15,984 nucleotides of DNA from Candidatus Odinarchaeota archaeon (GTDB lineage Archaea; Asgardarchaeota; Odinarchaeia; Odinarchaeales; Odinarchaeaceae), in assembly GCA_038826135.1 (NCBI GenBank), contig JAWBON010000028.1, forward strand, positions 1 through 15,984, given 5' to 3'. Position 1 is the stretch's first letter; every line of letters begins with the position of its first letter. The translations under genes and the position numbers were made by a program. The notes under the pieces are model-generated. The model had not been told where the DNA came from. It saw only the letters and a program-made list of their open reading frames with translations, and did not search any database. Shown in pieces: positions 1-6,329 of this stretch.

Positions 1-1
1 T

Positions 2-127
2 GTAAAGATAATTTATGTTAACACCTGTTCCGCAGTCAACCATTATAAGTTCATCTTCACCAATAAGATAACAGTTCGAATCATATAAAACACCGGGAAT
101 AAAGTAAAGATAATCTAGAACCTTCAT
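2..127 (-). CDS. MBL-fold metallo-hydrolase, N-terminal 42 aa (runs off the left edge; not in the ORF track)
   Basis: Manual translation from ATG at 127 gives MKVLDYLYFIPGVLYDSNCYLIGEDELIMVDCGTGVNINYLY. The S-N-x-Y-L-I...V-D-x-G pattern is typical of MBL-fold N-termini. A GAGG SD-like site lies at 136-139 on the minus strand. Confidence 0.8.
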   Translation of the reverse strand, partial: MKVLDYLYFIPGVLYDSNCYLIGEDELIMVDCGTGVNINYLY

Positions 128-142
128 ATTAAACGCCTCTAC

Positions 143-154
143 AAAAATTTATAT
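143..154 (+). promoter_or_regulatory. Putative archaeal BRE/TATA promoter for the 201..1412 gene
   Basis: AAAAATTTATAT (A-rich BRE plus TTTATA) about 47 nt upstream of the ATG. The identical 12-mer precedes the tRNA (1773-1784) and the CoA-binding gene (6330-6341). Confidence 0.55.
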
Positions 155-200
155 CAGCTAAAAGTATTATATTATTTAACTCTTATCGATGTGACGGAAA

Positions 201-1412
201 ATGGCAGAAGAAATTGAGAAATTAGTAGATAAACTCAAAACTGGGATAAATCTTCCGAATGTACGTGTAGGATTATTCGACATTCAAGGCCACATATTAT
301 ACTCCTCGCTCGGTGAGAAAGCGTCTGAATTAGCTTCAAAGCTTACTAAAGGAGCTTTCGCTGCTTGGGATATAGGCGACTACCAGGTGAAACACTTAGA
401 GAAAGGGTGTCTGCTAGTATCTAGGGTGACTGAAAAACTAGCATTAGCTATCGATTCATTTGAGAGAGAGGGACTTGTAATAGTCACTATGGGGGCTTTG
501 ATGAAAAGATTTGCAGATGAGTTTGAAAAAATAGATAAACTATTACCTGGGAAACCTATATCGGTACCAATCCCGGAGGAGAAACCTGTCGCGGAGGCTC
601 CTGCAAAAATAGAAGCCAAGCCTGAACCTGTTAAACCCGTCGCGGAGACTGCTGTTAAAACCCAGCCTACTTCGCCTTTAATTAACATAACCCCGGACCT
701 TATTCTAACAGTTTCCCAGGCGAATATTAACAAAATTGAAATGGATCCTATAATGCTCTCTCTGATACGGGGCTTCGACGGTATTAAACCTGTTTCAGAG
801 GTTATTAAAATAGCTGGAGTTGATTTTAATAATGCAATGCCCCGTATCACTAAACTTGTTGAAAATAATATTTTAAAAGTTGTTTCAAAACCAGAGGAGG
901 ATAACCTCACCTATCAATATGTTTACGAGCTGGTCCCTCCTTACACACCGGATAATGTCGCTGAAAGAGCGTGCGCTGGTAGAAGCGATGAAGTGGTTAC
1001 TATAATGGTTAATTTAGATAGGGGTTATACGGTGGAAGAACTATCCGTCGGTCTTTCAAAAGTAGGTCTTAAGAAAACACCTCAAGAAGTATACGAGATA
1101 TTAGAATATTATAGAGGCATAAACGTTGCCAAGATTAAGCAGATAGGAAGCGGAGATATCAGTGAATTACTGAAGAACCCGGCTTACCAAGCGATTTACA
1201 CGTACACTCCTGGCATGAAATATGAGGAGGCTGTTAAAAAACTTGTAATCGGCGATAGGAAAACTATTATTGTGTTAAGAAATATTGATTTAAGAAGACC
1301 GGTTGCGGAAATATATAATGGTATACGAAGCCTTAACATTGAAACAACACCTGAGGAAGTGTTAAAAATATTTGAAGAGTTGGAGAGAAGAGGGATAATT
1401 AAAAAAACATAA
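201..1412 (+). CDS. Hypothetical multidomain protein: roadblock/LC7-like N-terminal domain, Pro/Glu/Lys-rich linker, three winged-helix-like repeats
   Basis: aa 1-115 follow an alpha-beta-beta-alpha-beta-beta-beta-alpha pattern (VRVGLFDIQGHILYSS). aa 116-160 are a low-complexity PEEKPVAEAPAK linker. aa 182-229, 238-313 and 329-403 are wHTH-like, and repeats 2 and 3 align by eye (YQYVYELVP...KTPQEVYEILEYY vs YQAIYTYTP...TTPEEVLKIFEEL). The CDS is certain; domain calls are from pattern recognition. Confidence 0.6.
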   Translation: MAEEIEKLVDKLKTGINLPNVRVGLFDIQGHILYSSLGEKASELASKLTKGAFAAWDIGDYQVKHLEKGCLLVSRVTEKLALAIDSFEREGLVIVTMGALMKRFADEFEKIDKLLPGKPISVPIPEEKPVAEAPAKIEAKPEPVKPVAETAVKTQPTSPLINITPDLILTVSQANINKIEMDPIMLSLIRGFDGIKPVSEVIKIAGVDFNNAMPRITKLVENNILKVVSKPEEDNLTYQYVYELVPPYTPDNVAERACAGRSDEVVTIMVNLDRGYTVEELSVGLSKVGLKKTPQEVYEILEYYRGINVAKIKQIGSGDISELLKNPAYQAIYTYTPGMKYEEAVKKLVIGDRKTIIVLRNIDLRRPVAEIYNGIRSLNIETTPEEVLKIFEELERRGIIKKT

Positions 1413-1472
1413 CCGGGATTTTATAAAAAATTAAATAATACTTATATGATATAATTAATTGAAGGTGGTGTT

Positions 1473-1703
1473 ATGACTGTTGTTTTCATGTTAGTGGAGG
1501 TTGAGACTGGGAAAATACATGACGTGTTAGAGAAGCTGAAGCTGATAGAGGGTGTTAAAGAAATCTACGCTATTACAGGCCCCTATGACATAATAGCGAA
1601 AGTGTCAGCTAAGGATATGGAGACTGTTAAAAATATTGTTGAAAAAATTCACGGTATAGAAGGGATTGTTAGAACACTCAGCTCTATAGTGCTGCCTTTC
1701 TAA
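1473..1703 (+). CDS. Stand-alone Lrp/AsnC ligand-binding (RAM) domain protein, no HTH
   Basis: 76 aa with VFMLVEVETG...EGVKEIYAITGPYDIIAKV...IEGIVRTLSSIV. SD GAAGGTGGTG immediately upstream. Confidence 0.9.
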   Translation: MTVVFMLVEVETGKIHDVLEKLKLIEGVKEIYAITGPYDIIAKVSAKDMETVKNIVEKIHGIEGIVRTLSSIVLPF

Positions 1704-1772
1704 AACCCTGCTCATTTCCTTTTTTATTACACTATAATTAATAAAGAGTTTAGTTTATTCACCGGAATATAA

Positions 1773-1784
1773 AAAAATTTATAT
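1773..1784 (+). promoter_or_regulatory. Putative BRE/TATA promoter of the tRNA-Gln gene
   Basis: AAAAATTTATAT ending about 35 nt upstream of the mature tRNA 5' end, consistent with a short 5' leader. Confidence 0.65.
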
Positions 1785-1856
1785 TTTGAAGAATTTATTC
1801 GGTATTCTAGGTTAGCGTAGCCCGGTGGTGTAGTGGCCAAGCATCAGGGACTCTGG

Positions 1857-1889
1857 TCAGCTCATAACTTTGATTACGAGCTGGTGGAA
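1857..1889 (+). other. tRNA intron 1 (33 nt, canonical position 37/38)
   Basis: Inner helix CAGCTC(1858-63)/GAGCTG(1878-83); bulges G1855-G1856-T1857 and A1888-A1889-A1890; relaxed central helix CUCU/GUGG (1 C-G, 2 U-G, 1 mismatch). Confidence 0.9.
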
Positions 1890-1899
1890 ATCCTTGGAC

Positions 1900-1926
1900 A
1901 GTGGTTAGTTAAAATACCACCCTGAA
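1900..1926 (+). other. tRNA intron 2 (27 nt, non-canonical position 48/49, variable region/T-stem junction)
   Basis: Three registers give the same mature tRNA, but the best BHB is at 1900-1926: inner helix GTGGT/ACCAC, central UUGG(1894-97)/CCUG(1921-24) with 3 of 4 pairs, bulges ACA and AAA, outer helix TCC(1891-93)/GGA(1928-30). Confidence 0.85.
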
Positions 1927-1937
1927 AGGAGTTCGAA

Positions 1938-1964
1938 GTATTAAGCTATATGCTTAAACGGAAA
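1938..1964 (+). other. tRNA intron 3 (27 nt, non-canonical position 59/60, T loop)
   Basis: Central helix UUCG(1932-35)/CGGA(1959-62) fully paired including one G-U; bulges AAG and AAT; inner hairpin TTAAGC-TATAT-GCTTAA; the outer helix is the T stem. Confidence 0.9.
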
Positions 1965-2030
1965 TCTCCTCCGGGCTACCATTTTATATTTCAGCATCAT
2001 GGTTTTCAAAATGGTTTAAGAGGTTATGAG

Positions 2031-2714
2031 ATGATTAAACTTGTTTTATTCGATCTTTATCTAACATTGATCAATATCAGCGGTGTTGATCAGGAGGAGC
2101 AGAATAAAGCAGCGTACAATGTTTTATGCCATGCTGGTTATAACCTAGAGTTTGAAAAATTCAAAGAAGTTTTCAAAAAAAATTACGATAAATGGAGACA
2201 GTACAGGCAAAACTCTCTTATCGAAGTTAACCCACGTGTATGGTGGCAAGAAACGTTGTTAAAATTAGGTGTGCCCTCTAAATTTAAACTCGTAGAGAAT
2301 ATTCTAGAAGAAAGGCATAAAATATTTTTGAAAGGGATTGAACTGTATGATGATGTAATAGATGTTTTAAATCGCTTAAAAGAAGCGGGTATACTGATAG
2401 GTATAATGAGTAATTGTTCGGATGCTAGGTATGCTAAAGAGGAGTTAGAATATTTAGGTATATCCTCCTATATCGATGTTTTCATATCTTCAGCGGATTA
2501 TGGGAGGAGAAAACCTGATATAAATCTCTTCTCGGATGTGTTATCCAGCCTCCCTTTTACAATGGAGCAAATTATAATGGTCGGAGACGATTATAAAAAT
2601 GATGTGGAGCCGTGGGGGAGACTAGGAGTTAAAGCCTATTTATTAGACAGAGATGGGAAAAACACCGGCAGCAACATCATACACACATTATATGAGTTAG
2701 AGAGTATTATATAA
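2031..2714 (+). CDS. HAD-superfamily hydrolase (subfamily IA-like); start corrected from 1950 to 2031
   Basis: Motif I FDLYLTL just after M2031, motif II IMSN, motif III RKPD, motif IV VGDDYKND. The ORF-track N-terminal extension overlaps the tRNA. AAGAGGT SD-like site upstream of 2031. Confidence 0.9.
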   Translation: MIKLVLFDLYLTLINISGVDQEEQNKAAYNVLCHAGYNLEFEKFKEVFKKNYDKWRQYRQNSLIEVNPRVWWQETLLKLGVPSKFKLVENILEERHKIFLKGIELYDDVIDVLNRLKEAGILIGIMSNCSDARYAKEELEYLGISSYIDVFISSADYGRRKPDINLFSDVLSSLPFTMEQIIMVGDDYKNDVEPWGRLGVKAYLLDRDGKNTGSNIIHTLYELESII

Positions 2715-2718
2715 CGCA

Positions 2719-3675
2719 TTAAACTACTTTAGCACCGCATTCGCTGCAGAACTTAGAGTTATTAGAGAGCTCTGCACCGCATTTACTGCAAAACTTATTT
2801 CCAGTTTTTGTCGGCTTTAAAGGCTGACCGCATTGTAAACAGAAATTAGCGGAGACAGGTGATTGAGCACCGCAGTTAGAGCAAACCATCATTCTCATAG
2901 CAGGTTGCTGGGCTTGCTGTAATAGTTGAGGTATAAGCATCATACCTGTGCCGATTGAGGCTGAACCTGATTTACCAAGCTCCTTAGCTGCAGCTTTAAC
3001 AGCTTCCAGCGTAGCCATTTTATCAGCTGGCACACCGCTAGTAATCCAGAAAACTCGTTCCCTATACTCGTCGGTGGTATCTAAACCTAGGAATTTTAAC
3101 TCTGTTAAATCAATACCCCATCTTTTAAACATGCTTCTTACATTAGCTTTCACCCTTTCACTTGTCTCATCCACCTGTGTGAAAACAGTTTTAAGATCAT
3201 GCGCTGCTAGGTAATCCATACATTTCTCCACTATGAATGAGCGGAGAAAATTAGTAACTGATATAGTATCATATGTATGCTGATTGCCGACAACATTGAT
3301 TACGAAAAGTTTCGGATCCTCGATTTTAAAATAGAATTCTCCGTGAAACAGTAACGGTACAGGGTCACTTGATTGCCCTCTTCCCCCAAATTTACCTTGA
3401 ATCTCGGAGCGTGTGACAAAGATAACCTCAGCTGTGAAAGGGCTTTTATCCCACCCTCTAATCGTCTGATATATTTTTGTAAGTAAAGGTAAATTAGCCG
3501 TGGTTAACTCATGTCTTCCAGGCCCGAAAACATCATAAGCTTTACCGTCTCTGTAGAAGATGGCTGACTGATTCTCTCTAACTATTAGTGCTGAACCCCA
3601 GCCAAGTCTATCCACAGGATATTTCCATACTATTTCATTCGCCCCAGCATTACTCCATTCAATAACTTGCGGCAT
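2719..3675 (-). CDS. SPFH/Band-7 domain protein with C-terminal zinc ribbons (YdjI-like)
   Basis: N-terminal IVWKYP...LIVRENQSAIFYRDGKAYDVFGPGRHELTTANLPLL...FTAEVIFV is characteristic of this SPFH subfamily. Four CxxC motifs (CSNC, CLQC, CSKC, CSEC) at the C-terminus. ATG 3675 preferred over TTG 3699, which overlaps the upstream gene. Confidence 0.88.
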   Translation of the reverse strand: MPQVIEWSNAGANEIVWKYPVDRLGWGSALIVRENQSAIFYRDGKAYDVFGPGRHELTTANLPLLTKIYQTIRGWDKSPFTAEVIFVTRSEIQGKFGGRGQSSDPVPLLFHGEFYFKIEDPKLFVINVVGNQHTYDTISVTNFLRSFIVEKCMDYLAAHDLKTVFTQVDETSERVKANVRSMFKRWGIDLTELKFLGLDTTDEYRERVFWITSGVPADKMATLEAVKAAAKELGKSGSASIGTGMMLIPQLLQQAQQPAMRMMVCSNCGAQSPVSANFCLQCGQPLKPTKTGNKFCSKCGAELSNNSKFCSECGAKVV

Positions 3676-3691
3676 AACACATCCGTCCCAA

Positions 3692-4240
3692 TCAGTCAAT
3701 AAATCCGTTCATATACTCTTCTCGTTTAGAAAACTTATCTTCAAATTGAGATACAGTATCTTCAACCCTTCTAATAAGGTTTCTAAGCTTTGAAACACTA
3801 GGCTCATAGCTTTCATCAATTAGGTCTCTCACCACCTCACGTATAATATCAATGTCTTCTATAAGAGAGGCATCGAAACTGTACATTCTATCAAGTTCAC
3901 GCTCATTTATTTTAATCGCGTTGAAAAAACCACTGTAACCGTAATCGCTGTAAAGAACTCTCTGAGACACCGTGTCAAAACGCGCTATTAGATTTTCAAT
4001 AGGAGACCACAATTCTTGTAAACCAGCTTCAACAATTCTATCTCGTGTATCCTTTAATTTATCCAATGAGCTTTTCAGATGCGAGTATAAGTTTTCACGT
4101 AATATTTTATCCGCTTCTCTTCGAAGCTCCTTGCTTTTATACCCATGGTATAATGGGATATACCTTATTATTTTTTCTAGAAAGGTCCGCTTAGAATCCT
4201 TAGCTACTTTTTGTTTAATTCTCTCAGATTCATCAGCCAA
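3692..4240 (-). CDS. Hypothetical all-helical protein, co-transcribed with the SPFH gene
   Basis: About 182 aa with conserved-looking motifs IPLYHGYKSKELRREADKILR and GYSGFFNAIKINERELDRMYSFD. TTG 4240 has GGTGTG upstream; GTG 4249 is the alternative start. The gap to the SPFH ATG is 16 nt. Confidence 0.75.
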   Translation of the reverse strand: MADESERIKQKVAKDSKRTFLEKIIRYIPLYHGYKSKELRREADKILRENLYSHLKSSLDKLKDTRDRIVEAGLQELWSPIENLIARFDTVSQRVLYSDYGYSGFFNAIKINERELDRMYSFDASLIEDIDIIREVVRDLIDESYEPSVSKLRNLIRRVEDTVSQFEDKFSKREEYMNGFID

Positions 4241-4356
4241 ATTCCACACCGCTTAATAAAATCTTTTAAATTAATTATTCACTAACCTAGAATATTGTAG
4301 AGCTGTTAATATAAGAGTTTTGTAAAAAAAATAGGGAGAAATAGTAAAAGTATTTC

Positions 4357-5709
4357 TTAGATTACTCCCTGGGCTATCATAGCTTTAGCCACTTTTAAGA
4401 AGCCTGCGATGTTAGCCCCTACCACATAGTTGCCGGGGGAACCATATTTACTAGCGGTCTCATATGTGGTTTTATGAATGTTAACCATTATGTCTCTCAA
4501 TTTAGCTTCCACTTCTTCTCTAGTCCAGCTGAGTCGTTGACTGTTCTGAGACATTTCAAGCCCGCTTGTAGCTACACCACCCGCGTTTGCGGCCTTACCA
4601 GGCCCGAAGGCTACACCGTTTTTCATAAGATATTCTGTAGCATCCAATGTTGTTGGCATGTTAGCGCCTTCGCAGACTATTTTAACCCCGTTTTTAACAA
4701 GCGCTCTTGCATCTTCTATGTCTAATTCATTCTGAGTAGCACACGGAATTGCCACATCCACATGAGTTCCTATTCTCCAAGGACGCTGATTTGAGAGGTA
4801 TTGTACGTTACCACCGAAGTGATCAGCATACTCCTTTATTCTACCTCGCTTAACATTCTTCAATTCTAGTAGGTAATCCAGTTTTTTAGCGTCAATACCG
4901 TCAGGATCGTAAATTGTTCCGTCAGAGTCACTAGCCGTCACAACTTTACCGCCTAGCTGTGTTACTTTCTGAATAGCGTACTGGGCTACGTTACCTGACC
5001 CGCTGATCATTACAATCTTACCTTTAAAGTCCATTTTCTTTACCTTCAACATTTCAGAAGCAAAGTAGGTTACACCGTAGCCGGTAGCCTCTGTTCTCAC
5101 AAGAGAGCCGCCCCATTCTAAGCCTTTCCCTGTAAGAACACCTGTGAACTCGTTTTTAAGCTTCTTATACACACCGAACATGTAGCCGATCTCGCGGGTA
5201 CCTACACCGATATCTCCGGCCGGAACATCTGTATCAGGTCCAACATGCCTAAATAATTCTAGCATAAAGGCTTGGCAGAATCTCATGATTTCTGTTTCAG
5301 ACTTACCTTTAGGATCGAAGTCAGCTCCACCTTTACCTCCACCCATAGGCAACCCTGTAAGAGCGTTTTTAAAGATTTGCTCGAAACCTAAGAATTTTAT
5401 TATACCCTCGTAAACAGTGGGGTGGAATCTTATACCACCCTTATAAGGGCCTATTGCAGAGTTAAACTGGATTCGCATACCTCTGTTAACCTGGATCTCG
5501 CCTTTATCGTCAACCCATGGAACTCTGAAGATTACTTGACGCTCAGGTTCTACTATACGTTCAAGTATTTTATGTTGTTTAAACTCTGGGTGTTTCTCAA
5601 TAGCAGGTCTGAGTGATTCTAAAACTTCTTTAACAGCTTGATGGAATTCTTTTTGAGCCGGGTTTTTTTCAACAACCTTCTCGTATACACTAGTAATGTA
5701 ATCAACCAT
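4357..5709 (-). CDS. gdhA: NADP-specific glutamate dehydrogenase (GdhA, E. coli-like subfamily)
   Basis: GPYKGGIRFHP, KNALTGLPMGGGKGG, DVPAGDIGVG, TGKG...RTEATGYG, GSGNVAQY, EGANMP and KAANAGGVA motifs. ATG 5709 (SD GGGGT) preferred over TTG 5718. Confidence 0.97.
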   Translation of the reverse strand: MVDYITSVYEKVVEKNPAQKEFHQAVKEVLESLRPAIEKHPEFKQHKILERIVEPERQVIFRVPWVDDKGEIQVNRGMRIQFNSAIGPYKGGIRFHPTVYEGIIKFLGFEQIFKNALTGLPMGGGKGGADFDPKGKSETEIMRFCQAFMLELFRHVGPDTDVPAGDIGVGTREIGYMFGVYKKLKNEFTGVLTGKGLEWGGSLVRTEATGYGVTYFASEMLKVKKMDFKGKIVMISGSGNVAQYAIQKVTQLGGKVVTASDSDGTIYDPDGIDAKKLDYLLELKNVKRGRIKEYADHFGGNVQYLSNQRPWRIGTHVDVAIPCATQNELDIEDARALVKNGVKIVCEGANMPTTLDATEYLMKNGVAFGPGKAANAGGVATSGLEMSQNSQRLSWTREEVEAKLRDIMVNIHKTTYETASKYGSPGNYVVGANIAGFLKVAKAMIAQGVI

Positions 5710-5760
5710 TTCAAACAACCCCTACAAGAATAAATACTTTAACGCTTTAAACAGTGAAGC

Positions 5761-5778
5761 AAAGTTTTATATAACTTT
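5761..5778. promoter_or_regulatory. Near-palindromic TATA-containing element in the divergent gdhA/rpl13e gap
   Basis: AAAGTT-TTATAT-AACTTT reads as BRE plus TATA on both strands. On the minus strand it lies about 55-65 nt upstream of the gdhA start. Confidence 0.45.
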
Positions 5779-5920
5779 ATCGATGAATGTTTTAAACCAG
5801 TAATAACAATGATACTTATTAGTTTAAATATTATTTCAGTAAGCTAGCTTAGTGAATAATAGTATCATGCTGGTGAAAACAGTAATTAATTAAATTTTCA
5901 TGAGAAAGGGTGATTGGAAT

Positions 5921-6274
5921 ATGGAATTACCGAGAAGCCTAGTAAAATGTCCTTACACACCTTATATTATCCGGGCTGGACGCGGCTTCAGTCTAGGAGA
6001 GATAAAGGAGAGCGGTTTGAAAGTAGACTTGTTGAAAAAATTAGGCGTATACATTGATAAGAGGAGGAGAAGTGTGCACAAAGAGAATATTGAAGCTTTA
6101 AAGAATATTATTAAAGAGCAGAAACCAGTAAGCCCCACTGAAAAAAGCGGTGCAGCAGCCAAGAAAACCGAAGTTAAAGTTAAGAAGACAGGTGGGGGAA
6201 CAACAGAGACCAAGAGAGGGGGGAGAAGAACATCTAACCTCAAAGTTAAACGTGAAAAAACAGCCAGTCAATAA
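5921..6274 (+). CDS. rpl13e: Large-subunit ribosomal protein L13e (eL13) with a basic C-terminal tail
   Basis: IRAGRGFSLGEIKESGL...LGVYIDKRRRSVHKENIEAL is the eL13 signature. ATG 5921 has SD GGGTGA; ATG 5900 is the alternative start. Confidence 0.93.
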   Translation: MELPRSLVKCPYTPYIIRAGRGFSLGEIKESGLKVDLLKKLGVYIDKRRRSVHKENIEALKNIIKEQKPVSPTEKSGAAAKKTEVKVKKTGGGTTETKRGGRRTSNLKVKREKTASQ

Positions 6275-6329
6275 ACTGGGTGCATGCTTTTCCCATATTT
6301 TAAAAAGCCGGTTTTAAGAACTCACATAA

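Larger units (their letters stand above)
1819..1981 (+). tRNA. tRNA-Gln(CTG) with three introns; exons 1819-1856, 1890-1899, 1927-1937, 1965-1981; CCA encoded
   Basis: Joining the exons gives a 76-nt cloverleaf: AGCCCGGTGGTGTAGTGGCCAAGCATCAGGGACTCTGGATCCTTGGACAGGAGTTCGAATCTCCTCCGGGCTACCA. Acceptor stem AGCCCGG/CCGGGCT (A1-U72, typical of archaeal tRNA-Gln), D stem GTGT/GCAT, anticodon stem AGGGA/TCCTT with CTG, T stem AGGAG/CTCCT, T loop TTCGAAT. Confidence 0.95.

Noticed and set aside
74-82. GTTCGAATC, a T-loop-like motif suggesting a split-tRNA half
   Set aside because: No T stem or acceptor half flanks it, and it lies within the minus-strand MBL hydrolase coding sequence.
380-910. 176-aa antisense ORF
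   Set aside because: Shadow of the 201..1412 gene; no recognisable motifs and an antisense-type Ser/Ile/Phe-rich composition.
1950-2030. N-terminal 27-aa extension of the HAD ORF in the ORF track
   Set aside because: It overlaps intron 3 and the last exon of the tRNA-Gln gene. HAD motif I begins right after Met at 2031, which has an SD-like site.
2948-5616. Plus-strand ORFs 2948..3214, 3972..4256, 4474..4725 and 5422..5616
   Set aside because: All lie antisense within well-supported minus-strand genes (SPFH, its partner, gdhA) and have no family features.
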